Part shown: one piece after another, positions 48,004 through 57,996 of the stretch
Layout of the letters: every line of letters starts with the position of its first letter
How positions within the stretch are numbered: the first letter of the stretch is position 1
Assembly (NCBI GenBank): GCA_016703425.1
Contig: JADJCA010000011.1
Location: 186,050 to 250,049, forward strand
DNA: 64,000 bases
Source of the DNA: Myxococcales bacterium
GTDB taxonomy: Bacteria; Myxococcota_A; Polyangia; Polyangiales; Polyangiaceae
Direction: 5' to 3'
Program-made: the position numbers and the translations under genes
Notes under the pieces: generated by a model
Database searches by the model: none
What the model was told of the DNA's origin: nothing
The model's input: only the letters and a program-made list of their open reading frames with translations

Positions 48004-49792
48004 GACCTGCCTCCAACGCTGATCCCTCAAGTGCGGACGCGAACTCTTCGCCGAGACTTCGGCCGAGTCGGCGGCCGTAGCTCTCCGCGCTCTCGCCCTC
48101 GCGCCGCCCATCGGCATTGACCGTGACGGTGACGTTGTTGGTGCTTCGAGCCCCGGAAGGCCTCCCGAGGTCGTGTGGCGCGGACGCGGAGACGGCGCGC
48201 GGCGCCGTGTCGGCCGCATCGAGGCGCGTCGCGAGGTTCTCGAGGCTGAACGCGTCACTTCCCGCCTGGACCTGGGAGAGCAAGGAACTCTCAGCGCCTC
48301 CGGTCGCGAACTCCGCCGCGCCTGGTCCGGTCTTGATTCCCAGGGCGCTCCTCACCGCGGGCGGGAGCTGGTCAACCAGACTTCCGAGGCGAGAGAGCAA
48401 GCCGGCCCACGCCGACGACAAGCCTTGCCAAATGCCCTCGACGATGTCGGTCCCGACCTTCACGAAACGATCCCAGGACATGCCGAGCTCGAGCGGGAGG
48501 CTCCGCCAGAAGTCGAGGAACTTTTGCCAGCGGTCGACGACCCAACCGGCAGCGGCCGCGACCACGGCGCCGCCGACTACAATCGCGCCGAAGACGAGGC
48601 CGACGACAGTGCCGACGCTCTCGAAGCCGCGTGTGAGGCGGTCGAGGTGGTCGGTGCCGCTGATTCCCAACATGGCGAGGATGTCGGAGAAGCGCTCGAA
48701 GGTTGCGAGCGCTCCCTTCCCGCCGGCGGCTAGCCCATCGATGAAGGCGGCCCCCATCTTCGACAGCGGCTCGAGAACGTCGAGGACGCGCGACAGCCCC
48801 TTCGTCGCGTCGGGGTTCCCGAAGGCGCGCGTGATGGCGTCGCCGATGGTCTCGATGATGCGAACGACGCGGCCCCCCGTGTCGCTCTTTGGGTTTAGGG
48901 CGTTGCCGAGGTCCTCGAGGAACTTCATGCCCCCGCCGCCCTTGAAGTTGGCGGCGGTCACGAGCTCGAAGGGCCTCGACGCGAGCGTCGACGTGAGGCC
49001 GGTCATCGTCTTGGCCATCTTCGCCTGAAGCGAGCCGGCGTTCCCGCCGCTCATTCCGACCGTGATGGCCTCGAGGATGGCGCCGACGCCTTGGTCGGCC
49101 GTGATCTTCCCGGCTTGCTGTAGCTTGTCGAGCTCGTTCCGCGTCTTCCCGAGCGTCTTCCCGAGCGAGTCATAAACGAGCTTTTGCGAGACGCCCGCCT
49201 CCGCGAGCTGCATCATCTCTTCGCCAGAGAGCTTGCCCTTCGCCTTGATTTGGCCGAGCGCGCGAACGACGCTCTCAATGCCCTCTTGACCCTTGAGGAC
49301 GCCGACGTCGCCGACGACGTTGAGGACGTCGAACACCTCGCCCTGCTTGAAGCCGGCGATGAGGAGCTTTTGGATGTTCCCGACGACGTCCTTCGTCGCG
49401 AAGGGTGTCACCGCGGCGAAGTCGACGGCCTTGTTATAGATGTCGGCCGCGGCTTCCTTGGTGCCGAGCATGACCTCGAAGCCGACGAGCGTGTTCTCCT
49501 TGAAGGCGAGCGACTCGGCCGCGAACTTCGCGCCGAGCACAGCGCCGCCGACAGCGACGGCGCCCGCAACAAGGGCGACCGACTTGAGGCCGCCGGCGAC
49601 GTTCTTGAGGAATTCGCCCGAGCCGGAATTTAGTTCCTTGATGCCCTTCGCCGCGCCCGGCATGAATTGCCCTTGGGCGTTGCGGAGGGGGCGCATCGCT
49701 CGATCCAACCCGTCGAGAGAGGCCGTGGCCTTGCGGGCCGGGCCGCTCACGCGGTCGAGGAGCTCGAGGACAAAGGTGAGGGTGTCAGCCAT
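47996..49792 (-). CDS. phage tail tape measure protein
   Basis: 598 aa. Tape-measure domain VVRALGQIKAKGKLSGEEMMQLAEAGVSQKLVYDSLGKTLGKTRNELDKLQQAGKITADQG. Gly/Ala-rich hydrophobic segments. Confidence 0.8.
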   Translation of the reverse strand: MADTLTFVLELLDRVSGPARKATASLDGLDRAMRPLRNAQGQFMPGAAKGIKELNSGSGEFLKNVAGGLKSVALVAGAVAVGGAVLGAKFAAESLAFKENTLVGFEVMLGTKEAAADIYNKAVDFAAVTPFATKDVVGNIQKLLIAGFKQGEVFDVLNVVGDVGVLKGQEGIESVVRALGQIKAKGKLSGEEMMQLAEAGVSQKLVYDSLGKTLGKTRNELDKLQQAGKITADQGVGAILEAITVGMSGGNAGSLQAKMAKTMTGLTSTLASRPFELVTAANFKGGGGMKFLEDLGNALNPKSDTGGRVVRIIETIGDAITRAFGNPDATKGLSRVLDVLEPLSKMGAAFIDGLAAGGKGALATFERFSDILAMLGISGTDHLDRLTRGFESVGTVVGLVFGAIVVGGAVVAAAAGWVVDRWQKFLDFWRSLPLELGMSWDRFVKVGTDIVEGIWQGLSSAWAGLLSRLGSLVDQLPPAVRSALGIKTGPGAAEFATGGAESSLLSQVQAGSDAFSLENLATRLDAADTAPRAVSASAPHDLGRPSGARSTNNVTVTVNADGRREGESAESYGRRLGRSLGEEFASALEGSALEAGHA

Positions 49793-50081
49793 TGCGCGCC
49801 TCCGCGACGTTGAAGATCAGCGCTTCGTCACCGAGCCCGACGAGGCCCACGACGGAGCTGGGGCGTGCGGCGCTCCTCGCGCTCTCGTACCGCTGAGCCA
49901 ACGCTGGCCACTTCTCGCGCAGCTCCCGAAGCAGGTCGCGTGCGAGCACGACCGACGCTTCGCAGTCTTCTCGCACAAGCACGGCGAGACTGGCCGGCCT
50001 GTGCCCTAGCGCCATCATCGCGAACAGCTTCGGTCGAAGCGCTTGCTCCCATCGTTCAAAGTCGGTCGGCGTCGGATTCAT
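49785..50081 (-). CDS. hypothetical phage protein (98 aa)
   Basis: Clean small ORF immediately upstream of the TMP; position suggests a tail assembly chaperone. Confidence 0.4.
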   Translation of the reverse strand: MNPTPTDFERWEQALRPKLFAMMALGHRPASLAVLVREDCEASVVLARDLLRELREKWPALAQRYESARSAARPSSVVGLVGLGDEALIFNVAEARNG

Positions 50082-50094
50082 CGTCGACCTCCCT

Positions 50095-50913
50095 TCACTC
50101 CGCCGCCGTGGGGGGCTCGTTGTTGAATGTCACTGGCGCGAGCCTCTCGACGACCGCCGAGAAGAACGCCGCCGTGGGCTCGCTCTCCCACGGCCACGCG
50201 AACCCTTGCGAGAACCCGACGGCGGGGGCTTCGCGCGGCTGAACCCACGCCCCGAGCCGCATGAAGTTCGGGTCACCGGGCGGAGGCGGCGTCTCGCCTC
50301 GAGCGTGGGCGAGCTCAGCGATGGTGCGCTGACTCAAGTGGAGAGCACGCGCGACGAGCGCCTCGAGCGCGCCGAAGCCGGAGATGTTCGTCTCCCGCGA
50401 TGACGCTCGCAGGTCGAGCGCGTCGGTGGCACCAAGCTCCGTCGCCCGCGTAGCCATGGCATGAAACACGCGTGCCTTCGTCGAGAGCCTCGCGCGTATC
50501 GCCGCGAGGCGGTCGGACAGCTCGGCGACCTCGAGGACATCCTCAGCGACGAGCTCGTCGAACGCCTGCGCCGTCACTTGGGGCGCGAGGATGGCCAGCG
50601 CGGCAGCGTTCGCGTTTGCCGTTGCGAGTTCAAGCGCCCGAGTTGCTTTCGCCACAACCGCACGCTTCCAGCGCGCCATGGCCTCGAGACGGGAGAGCTC
50701 GAGCTCGAGCGGCTCGACGTTCTTGGTCCAGGCCTTTGGGTCGGCCATGTGGGCATCCCTTGCGCGCTCGAGCGCGGCGCGTGCGGCGTCGACCTCGCTG
50801 GCGGCCTGTCGTGCGGCGGTCTCCGCGCCCTCGAGCGCGGCGCGTGCTTCGCGCACCTTCGCCTCGTCGTCGTCGTGGCGCTTCTCTCTGGCGATCGGCG
50901 TGAGCGCGTTCAT
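50095..50913 (-). CDS. hypothetical coiled-coil phage protein (272 aa)
   Basis: Start MNALTPIAREKRHDDDE at 50913. Long Ala/Glu/Arg helical region. The N-terminal 76 codons of the track ORF were rejected. Confidence 0.45.
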   Translation of the reverse strand: MNALTPIAREKRHDDDEAKVREARAALEGAETAARQAASEVDAARAALERARDAHMADPKAWTKNVEPLELELSRLEAMARWKRAVVAKATRALELATANANAAALAILAPQVTAQAFDELVAEDVLEVAELSDRLAAIRARLSTKARVFHAMATRATELGATDALDLRASSRETNISGFGALEALVARALHLSQRTIAELAHARGETPPPPGDPNFMRLGAWVQPREAPAVGFSQGFAWPWESEPTAAFFSAVVERLAPVTFNNEPPTAAE

Positions 50914-51122
50914 GAGCGGGGCTCCTTGACTTGGGGGGCCTTCATGTCCGCGAGGGCGCGTTCCGTTTCCGCATCCTCGTGTGACGTGGCGAGATGGCAG
51001 AGGACGGCGAAACGACGGAGGCCTTCCCCAACGGTCCGCGCGCCGGTGGCGGACCTCAGCACGTCGTGAACGAGCCCAACGCGCTGCGCAGCCTGCTCGG
51101 CGGTCATGGCGGGAGTTCCCAT
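50910..51122 (-). CDS. hypothetical small phage protein (70 aa)
   Basis: ATGA overlap downstream and TGATG overlap upstream. Confidence 0.35.
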   Translation of the reverse strand: MGTPAMTAEQAAQRVGLVHDVLRSATGARTVGEGLRRFAVLCHLATSHEDAETERALADMKAPQVKEPRS

Positions 51123-51616
51123 CAGAGCACCCCTTCGTCAATCATCCGTTTTTGCGTGGCGACGTAGACGTCGGCCGACAGGCCGAGAACCCTCAGCGTC
51201 GCCTCGTCGGGGACGTCGATGGTGCGCGCGCCGTGGTGAACGACGCGCGTCGCCGGTGACGCGCTTTCGCGCTGAAGCGTTGCTACCTGCCGCTCGAGCG
51301 GCACCGGATGAAGCGTGCCGTCGGCGATCTGCTTCCGCTGTACCTCGATGAACTCGTCGCGCGTCATGCCGAGGAGCCGCAGGGTCGCGGCGGGAGGCAC
51401 TTCGACGCCGTCGGCGGTGAAGGTGGTTCGGTCGTTGGTGTTCATGGTTTGGGCTCTTTCTTCTGTCGGCACGAAGGGCGCCGAGTGGTTTGAGGGTGGG
51501 CCAGCGGGTGAGCGTGAAGCGGGGCCGTCGTCGCCGGATGACGGCGAGAGCACGATGGGAATGAAGAGAGCGTCGACGACGACCGTGCCCTCGACGTTGA
51601 AGCGTCGGTCGGTCAT
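51122..51616 (-). CDS. hypothetical phage protein with internal duplicated 26-aa motif
   Basis: ATLRLLGMTRDEFIEVQRKQIADGTL and ATLRVLGLSADVYVATQKRMIDEGVL. Start ATG overlaps the TerL stop (ATGA). Confidence 0.4.
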   Translation of the reverse strand: MTDRRFNVEGTVVVDALFIPIVLSPSSGDDGPASRSPAGPPSNHSAPFVPTEERAQTMNTNDRTTFTADGVEVPPAATLRLLGMTRDEFIEVQRKQIADGTLHPVPLERQVATLQRESASPATRVVHHGARTIDVPDEATLRVLGLSADVYVATQKRMIDEGVL

Positions 51617-53058
51617 AGGGATCGGTCTCCTCCGTTGGTTCCGCCCTCTCCGTCGACGAAACGGAGGGAGTGATCGCGGTCGTCGTCAGAAGCATCATCG
51701 ATGGCCAGAAGCGGCCCCCACTTGTCGTGAGCACCACGGAGGGACTGACTGAAGGCCTGGCCGATGCCGGTCATACGGAGCGGCGACGACGCGAAGGCAC
51801 CCGGGGAAGCGGCGAACGCGCCGGCAAGCGCATCGACCTGGTCGTCGTGCACGTCGCCGGCCCCGGTGAACGAGACGATCTCGCTCACGAACGCGTCGAG
51901 CCACGGGGCCGAGTTCGGCAGGAGCACGCGACCCGCATTCCACTTCGCGGCCACGGGCTGGGCTCGGGTGAACTTGTCCCCAATGGCAGGCCGGGCGTCG
52001 ATGCTGAGGCCTTGGCTTCGCATCATGTCGACGGTCCCCTTCTCCGTGCCACTCACGAACGCCGTAGCCCGCGCGCCGCCCCATCGATCGCGAAGGCCCT
52101 TGAGCGCGCCCATGAACTCGGGAGCGCGCACTTGCAGACGAAGCACCTCAAGCACGAAGTGAAGCGAGTCGCGGCCGCGGCCCGTCGTGCCGAGGACAAC
52201 GGCGACGGAGTAGTCGGCCCGCGTCTTCGTCGAATAGGCGAGGTCGACGCCAATTCGCACGTCGAGGCCATCGCGCGGAGGCGCGGCGTCGAAGACGTGA
52301 ACGTCTTGGAACAAGGCGCCGCCGCGGGGCATCGGCTGCCCCTGGTAGAGCGACGCCCATCCGTACGCGCCAATCTGCTCTTGGATGGCCCGAAGGCGCT
52401 CGACAGAGAACCGCTCGGGCCAGAGGGCACGGCCATGACCGTCGATTGCGGGGAGGCACACGTTCGCCCATCCGTCGCGGATGAGAGAGCCGGCCAGGTC
52501 GTCGGGATGCCACCGCGTTTGAATGACAATCGCGGAGCCGTTGGGCTCGAGCCGGGTGAAGGCGACGTCGTCGAACCACTCGCGCGTCTGTTGACGGCGG
52601 AGCGAGCTCTCCGCTTCGACGCGGTCCTTTACCGGGTCGTCGACGAGGAGGACGTCGAAGCCCTCGCCAGTGATGCCGCCGCCAATGCTCGTCGCCCACA
52701 CCCCGCCGTCCTCGACGCCCGTGCGCCAGTCGTGCTTGGACGCGGAATCCTCGGAGACGGTGACGTGTGCCGCGATGGCGAGCTCACGGGCCTTGCGGGA
52801 CTTCTTCTCGGCGAGCCGCTGGGCATAGCTCACATACGCGATCTGGGCGTCGGGCCGCTGTAAGAGCCACCAAGGGATCGCGTGGAGTACAGACTCCGTC
52901 TTCGCGTGGCGCGGAGGCACCGACACGACAGCGCGAACGGGCTCGACGAGGGCGCGCTCAAGGACCTCGAGGAACGGGCGAAGGTGCGTCGGCGCGACGT
53001 AGCGCGGCGAGAGAAGCGGAATGAACCGCTCAAGCGAAGCGATGCGGCGGGCCTTCAC
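51613..53058 (-). CDS. phage terminase large subunit (GTA/PBSX-type family)
   Basis: P-loop-like VSVPPRHAKTE, Walker B LLVDDP, TRWHPDDL, nuclease motifs GVDLAYS and HDDQVDAL. Confidence 0.85.
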   Translation of the reverse strand: MKARRIASLERFIPLLSPRYVAPTHLRPFLEVLERALVEPVRAVVSVPPRHAKTESVLHAIPWWLLQRPDAQIAYVSYAQRLAEKKSRKARELAIAAHVTVSEDSASKHDWRTGVEDGGVWATSIGGGITGEGFDVLLVDDPVKDRVEAESSLRRQQTREWFDDVAFTRLEPNGSAIVIQTRWHPDDLAGSLIRDGWANVCLPAIDGHGRALWPERFSVERLRAIQEQIGAYGWASLYQGQPMPRGGALFQDVHVFDAAPPRDGLDVRIGVDLAYSTKTRADYSVAVVLGTTGRGRDSLHFVLEVLRLQVRAPEFMGALKGLRDRWGGARATAFVSGTEKGTVDMMRSQGLSIDARPAIGDKFTRAQPVAAKWNAGRVLLPNSAPWLDAFVSEIVSFTGAGDVHDDQVDALAGAFAASPGAFASSPLRMTGIGQAFSQSLRGAHDKWGPLLAIDDASDDDRDHSLRFVDGEGGTNGGDRSL

Positions 53059-53633
53059 GGCTTCCCCTCCGTTTCGCCACTCGTCGCCTCAAACCATGGC
53101 GGGAGCGCACCGCCGTGCGTGGCCTTGCGCGCCTGCGCCTCGCGCACCGCGAGCTCGTAAGCCGCCAACAGGTTCTGCCGGCTAGCGTTCGCTAGCTGGC
53201 TCGCAGTCTGAAGCGTGGCCGCGTCGCCGCTGACCGCACCGCGCGCGAACAGGAAGCGCGAACTCGCAAGCTGAAGGGCGGCGCTGGCCACCATGGTCGA
53301 CGGGCCCGGACCACATGTGCCACCGGCCTGAAGCGCGAGCGCTTCGACGTGGCTGCGAAAAAACTCGTCGGCGGCGACCTGGAACGGGCGGAAGTCCGAC
53401 TCGGCGGCGAGCTCAGCGAGGCCAAGCCCAGCCACGAGGCGCGCCTTGTAGGCCTTCTTGAAGCCCCCCAGGGAGCCCAGGCGCTTGGCGGACTCTGGAT
53501 CGGCGACCGTGCCATCCCGGCGACGACGCACCGGCTCCGGCACACCCGGCACCGGCGCCGGAAGCTCGTCGGGCGGCAAGACCTCGATGCGGGGCACGCC
53601 CGCTCCGTTTCCGTGGCCAGTGCGAAGTGTCAT
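53055..53633 (-). CDS. hypothetical protein; position suggests the terminase small subunit
   Basis: Start MTLRTGHGNGAGVPRIEVLPP at 53633. Stop overlaps the TerL start. No motif recognised. Confidence 0.4.
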   Translation of the reverse strand: MTLRTGHGNGAGVPRIEVLPPDELPAPVPGVPEPVRRRRDGTVADPESAKRLGSLGGFKKAYKARLVAGLGLAELAAESDFRPFQVAADEFFRSHVEALALQAGGTCGPGPSTMVASAALQLASSRFLFARGAVSGDAATLQTASQLANASRQNLLAAYELAVREAQARKATHGGALPPWFEATSGETEGKP

Positions 53634-53938
53634 CAATGCCTCCGCGCATCGATGCGCTCGACGGGCAACCACCAAAGGCCCGCGTCGTCGTCGGCGACGA
53701 CGAAGACGGGGAGCGAGCGCGGACGGCGCGCGCCGAGATGTCGGGCGTAGCTGTCGAAACCGGCCGAACGAAGCCAACCGATGAACTCAGCGCGGGGAAG
53801 CACGCGAACGCCCTCGGGTTCGGCGCTGTCGATGTAGCAGGCGAGCGTCTCGACCGCGGCGCCGCGTCGCATGAAGGCTGCGAGCTGCCGCCGGAGCGAA
53901 GCGAGACGGGCGACGGCCAGGTGGGGACCCGTGGTCAT
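53633..53938 (-). CDS. hypothetical small phage protein (101 aa)
   Basis: MTTGPHLAVARLASLRRQLAAFMRRGAAVETLACYIDSAEPEGVRVLPRAEFIGWLRSAGFDSYARHLG. ATGA overlap downstream. Confidence 0.35.
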   Translation of the reverse strand: MTTGPHLAVARLASLRRQLAAFMRRGAAVETLACYIDSAEPEGVRVLPRAEFIGWLRSAGFDSYARHLGARRPRSLPVFVVADDDAGLWWLPVERIDARRH

Positions 53939-53972
53939 CGTCGCGCCTCCACACCAGCGCAACGGGCGGCGG

Positions 53973-54293
53973 TCACGGCCAAAGCTCCTTCTCGAGCCGT
54001 TGGCGAAGGGCCTTGAGACGGAACCGGTCGCCAGCCCCAGGCTTCTCGAGCTCGAGCCAATCCTCGACCCGCGCGAGCGCGACCGACATGGCTTCCCGCG
54101 CGCGGCGCCTCGTCCCGAAGTCGGCGGGCGTGAACCCCGAGGCGCGGTAGCGCTCCGTGACACGTAGACGCGTCTCGGCGGCCAGGACGGCCCGGAGTAC
54201 CTCCGGCCATGCGATCGGCGTTCCTGGCGAGGGGGTCGACTTTTGCGAGCTTGTTTTCTCGAGGCGCCGTGAGGGCGCCGGATCGGTGTTCAT
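53973..54293 (-). CDS. hypothetical small phage protein (106 aa)
   Basis: MNTDPAPSRRLEKTSSQKSTPSPGTPIAWPEVLRAVLAAETRLRVTERYRASGFTPADFG. Confidence 0.35.
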   Translation of the reverse strand: MNTDPAPSRRLEKTSSQKSTPSPGTPIAWPEVLRAVLAAETRLRVTERYRASGFTPADFGTRRRAREAMSVALARVEDWLELEKPGAGDRFRLKALRQRLEKELWP

Positions 54294-54575
54294 GCTGCCC
54301 TCCGTCGCGGTGACGCGGGGGAGGCCCGGACCGCATGTAAGTGCTCGAAAGCTCGTCGCCCGGGGAAGAGCAGGCCACCGGAGCAGCCGCAAAGCGGCCG
54401 CCGGTGAGCCGGCTAGCCTCGGTTCCTCGACGCCGCAGCGGACTGCTCATCCGGTGAATCCGGCTGAAACGACCCTCCCCGCTTGGCACGAACGTGAGCC
54501 AGAGCAGGCCAAGTGCAGAATGCACGGGTTTACTGAAGCCAGATTCCGGGGCTCCCGTGACTTGTGCCACCGGGC

Positions 54576-56198
54576 TCATTGCGCGACTCCTTCCACGAGG
54601 AGGTCGTCGAAGAAGCCCGGCTCGTCTTCCGTGGGGGTGTGGGGACGCGTGAGGTCCGGATCCCGGTTAGGCCGATCATGTGGAACTTCGTCTTGGGAAC
54701 TAACCGGAACATGGTCACCACAGGACCCCACGTCCCCAACGGCTCGAAGCCCCGAGGTCCGCTCGGCCTCCGACAGGAGGCGTACTCCGCGCCAAGCGTC
54801 CAGGAACTTCGCGCCGTCGCGCTTGGTGGCGTCGGTGACTCCTTGTTCCCTGAGCTTTGCCGCGAACTTCTTCGCGTCCACTGGTCGGAAACCGTTCTCT
54901 TCGCACCACTCCGTGTAGACTGCACGAAGTAGCTTGCGGGTCTCAACGTCGCCGCGTGCACCGAAGACGCACCGGAGCCGGAAGAACTCGCCCACGAGGT
55001 CGCTCTCGTCGCGGTAGTCGGCCGTCGCCTTGGTCACCTCGGGAGGCTCACCGAGGCCACTGGCCTGCCACTCGAGACAACCGCGGACAGCCCACGCGAG
55101 GATGCCCGGCAGCTCCTCGCGCAGCTTGTCTACGAGGAGCGGATCGCGCTCGGCGGCGGGGATCGTCACGGTCCACGGGATGAGCCGTATGCGCCGCCAG
55201 ATCCCCTCATCGTCGCCGCGAACGCTCGGCCGATGGTTGCCCGCGATGAAGAGCTTGTGTGAGGCGCGAAGGACCAGAAGTCTTCCGACATGCGGCGAGC
55301 GCTGATTTCGTCGCCCCCGGTGAGGTCCTTCACGAGGCCCTCGTCGAAGGCACGGCCCTCTTCGATTTCGGCGCAGGCCACGAAGCGCGCCCCGAAGAGC
55401 ACCGTTAGCTCCGTCGGGTGTCGCTCCCCTCGAGAGCGAAAAAGGAGCCCGCGCGGGGCCGTGACGGCGTAGTCGCCCATCATGGCGCGCGTCGTCGCGA
55501 TGTACGTCGACTTGCCGTTGGCGCCGCCACCGAACAGGAAGCCGAGAACGTGCTCGCGGATGACGCCCGTCAGGGCGTAGCCCGCCATGCGCCGGAGGAA
55601 GGCGATCATTCCCGCGTTGGCGCCCATCGCGCGCCCGAGAAACGCATCCCACGCCGGGCACTTTGCTCTCGGGTCGTAGGCCACCGGTGAGAGCTTCGTG
55701 ATGAGGTCGTCGCGACTGTGGGCGCGGAGCTTGCCGCTGCGTAGGTCCAGGGTTCCGTTCGCCACGTTGAGGAGCCACGGATCGGCGTCGAGCCGGTCGT
55801 GCGTGACAGCCACGGCCTCATCGGCGCGGGCGAGATCAACCATCGCGTGGAGGCGCGGAGCGGCCTGCGACTTCAGCGCCCACTTCCAACCATCTTCGGC
55901 CGAGCGGTGCCGCTTCTCAGCGCGTCGCTTCGCCTTGTCGTCGTCGCGGCCGACCTGCTCGAGTTCGGCCATCGCCGCCGTGACAGCGCCGCGCGCGTCA
56001 CTGGCCATGGTGCGCGCGGTGTCGGCCGCGAGTCGTAGCGCCGCGTCGGTCTCGTCGAGTCGCCACCGGCGGCCGTCATAGACGAGCCAGCGCGACCACT
56101 TCGCGACGTGACGAACGTCGGCCCCGTGGAGCTCCACGAAGCGTTCAGCGTTGCGGAGGTCGGTGCCTTCGATGGTGAGCCGACTCATGACGCGCGCC
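54576..56198 (-). pseudogene. P4/D5-family primase-helicase (helicase/NTPase domain), interrupted by a frameshift near 55268-55276
   Basis: Frame A: MSRLTIEGTD...LGFLFGGGANGKSTYIATTRAMMGDYAV (Walker A)...ISARRMSEDFWSF. Frame B continues HKLFIAGNHRPSVRGDDEGIWRRIRLIPWTVTIPAAERDPLLVDKLREELPGILAWAVRG, the canonical P4-family continuation. The frames differ by one nt within a CACACA run. Confidence 0.7.
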
Positions 56199-57015
56199 TC
56201 CCCTCGAGGAGGGCGCCGTGCGGCATCGTCCCGCGCTCGCGCGCTTGCCGAACCTTTCGCCGAAGCTCGTGCTCGGACCACGGCGGGGAGCACGACTTGT
56301 TCCAATTACGGAGAAGCTCCAGCGACTCTCCGTCGGAAAGCCCGAATCCCCTCACGAGACGTTGGGCGACGACGAACGTATGGGCGTGCCCGTTGGCGCC
56401 CGAGATCGCGGGGGCAATCTTCTCGAGGTAGCGGCGCGCCCGATCAAACGCGTCCGGCGACGATGGCGATGCGGGGGCGCACGGCGCCGGCTCGACGCTG
56501 CGCCGAGTGGCCAGCTCCACAAGCCAGGCGGGCGCCTTGGCGATGGGTGTCCCAGGGGGCGAGTCCCACGCATAGCTTGCCGCGGTCACGCTCGGAGCAA
56601 CGAGGATGTAGCGCCTCGCGAACCCCTGCTCGTCGGCGCCGTGCAAGAAGTCGAGTCCCGGCCCGAGCTTGCCGCGGCAGTCGACGCCGCTTGGCATGAG
56701 AAACAAGTGATGCGCGCCGCCGCCGCCCGTGCGCGCGGTCTTGGTTGCGGGGAGCGGGCCATGCGCCTCGAGGATGCGCGCGAGCGTCTTGTCGCCCCCG
56801 CTCCGAGGGTCGACGTCGAGGACGGCAAGGGGCGGCGTGACCGCTATCGCGAGATTCGCGGACGGCCATCGTCGCGCCCACTCTTCGATGCGCGGCTCGA
56901 GCCGAGTGGCGTCCTTGACGCCGTGCTTCAGGAGCGGACGCTTCCCGCCCGGTTCGACGGGGAGAACGAAGAAGCCGAAACGCGCGTAACGCAGCGCGGC
57001 GACGAACCAGTTCAT
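56185..57015 (-). CDS. bifunctional DNA primase/polymerase (Prim-Pol) N-terminal domain plus PriCT-like C-terminal domain
   Basis: MNWFVAALRYARFGFFVLPVEPGGKRPLLKHGVKDAT is the Prim-Pol signature. HHLFLMPSGVDC follows. C-terminal HAHTFVVAQRLVRGFGLSDGESLELLRNWN. Stop overlaps the helicase start. Confidence 0.7.
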   Translation of the reverse strand: MNWFVAALRYARFGFFVLPVEPGGKRPLLKHGVKDATRLEPRIEEWARRWPSANLAIAVTPPLAVLDVDPRSGGDKTLARILEAHGPLPATKTARTGGGGAHHLFLMPSGVDCRGKLGPGLDFLHGADEQGFARRYILVAPSVTAASYAWDSPPGTPIAKAPAWLVELATRRSVEPAPCAPASPSSPDAFDRARRYLEKIAPAISGANGHAHTFVVAQRLVRGFGLSDGESLELLRNWNKSCSPPWSEHELRRKVRQARERGTMPHGALLEGRRAS

Positions 57016-57461
57016 GCCGCGGCTCCGCTCTTCGTGAGCTCGAGCTCTTCCCAGCGCGAGAGAATTCCGAAGGCCAGCCGAGCCGCGACCTCGGGATTCT
57101 CGGCGAAGAGAACGGGGCACGCATGGCGACCGACGAGGGAGGCGACGGTCCCGAGAATCGCGTTCGGATGAATGCGCCCGCGAAGCTCGACGAGGTCCGA
57201 GAGCTTCGCCTCGACAATGATGGCCCGACGCTCGAGAGAGGCGAGGCGCTCGAGCTGCCGGTCACGCCGCTCGGCGTCAAAGAACGTTCCCAGGAAATCC
57301 GCGGGCGCCTTCCTCTCTACTGCCGCGCGAGGCGCGAGGATGGGCGTCGAGTAGTCGCCCGCGGGCAACGCGACGCGGACGATCTCGACGATGTCGCCGA
57401 ACGTCCAAGGCGTTTGCTCGCGCGTGTCGACGACGACGGCGCGAAGGAGGTGGGGCATCAC
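57012..57461 (-). CDS. ERCC4/XPF-Mus81-type nuclease domain protein
   Basis: VVVDTREQ...LPAGDY...VERKAPADF is the ERCC4 catalytic signature (D..E...GDY...ERK..D). ATGA overlap with Prim-Pol. Confidence 0.6.
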   Translation of the reverse strand: MMPHLLRAVVVDTREQTPWTFGDIVEIVRVALPAGDYSTPILAPRAAVERKAPADFLGTFFDAERRDRQLERLASLERRAIIVEAKLSDLVELRGRIHPNAILGTVASLVGRHACPVLFAENPEVAARLAFGILSRWEELELTKSGAAA

Positions 57462-57646
57462 CGGACCTCCGCGGTCGAGGCCACCGCGCGGGACAGGTCG
57501 AGGCGTCGCTCGAGGAGCGCTATGCGCTCCTCAATGGCGTCGGCGAACTCGACGTGCCCTTCACCGTCGACCACGAAGAACGCGGCGCGGAGCGATGCCA
57601 GTTCGGCGCGGATGTCGAACCCGAAGAACGCGACATCGACCCTCAT
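57458..57646 (-). CDS. hypothetical small protein (62 aa)
   Basis: MRVDVAFFGFDIRAELASLRAAFFVVDGEGHVEFADAIEERIALLERRLD. ATGA overlaps on both sides. Confidence 0.3.
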   Translation of the reverse strand: MRVDVAFFGFDIRAELASLRAAFFVVDGEGHVEFADAIEERIALLERRLDLSRAVASTAEVR

Positions 57647-57996
57647 CGCCCGCCTCCCGCGACCTTGGTCGCCCCGAGCTCCGCGAGCACGTCGGCGAAG
57701 GCGTCGCGCGGGCCACTCGCTGGCGCCGCTGGCGCTTTCGCTTGAGGCTCGGCGGCATGGGCCGCGAGCCAAGCGTCGAGGTCCTCGCGACGCACAAGGA
57801 CCCGCTTGCCGGCTTTTACCGCGGGCAGCTCGCCCGAGCGAACGAGCCGAAGGTGCTTCGACTTGCCGAGAGGCGATGCATGCTGGTCTACGAGCTCGGG
57901 CGGCGGGGTCACCTCTGCGACGAGGGTGCCGCACACTTCGAGCAAGCCAGCGCGCCGCCGACAACGACCGCCACGATTGCACCGGTGCACTCGCAC
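57643..57996 (-). CDS. excisionase-family helix-turn-helix DNA-binding protein; start uncertain
   Basis: ASPLGKSKHLRLVRSGELPAVKAGKRVLVRREDLDAWLAAH matches the Xis/MerR-type HTH pattern LGVSRSTIYRLVRRGELPA.KIGRRWRFRREDLDAWL. Confidence 0.6.
   Translation of the reverse strand: MRVHRCNRGGRCRRRAGLLEVCGTLVAEVTPPPELVDQHASPLGKSKHLRLVRSGELPAVKAGKRVLVRREDLDAWLAAHAAEPQAKAPAAPASGPRDAFADVLAELGATKVAGGGR

Noticed and set aside
55166-56305. N-terminal 39 codons of the 379-aa ORF (MEQVVLPAVVRARASAKGS...)
   Set aside because: Arg/Ala-rich extension. The protein-like sequence and the coupled start begin at MSRLTIEG (56198).
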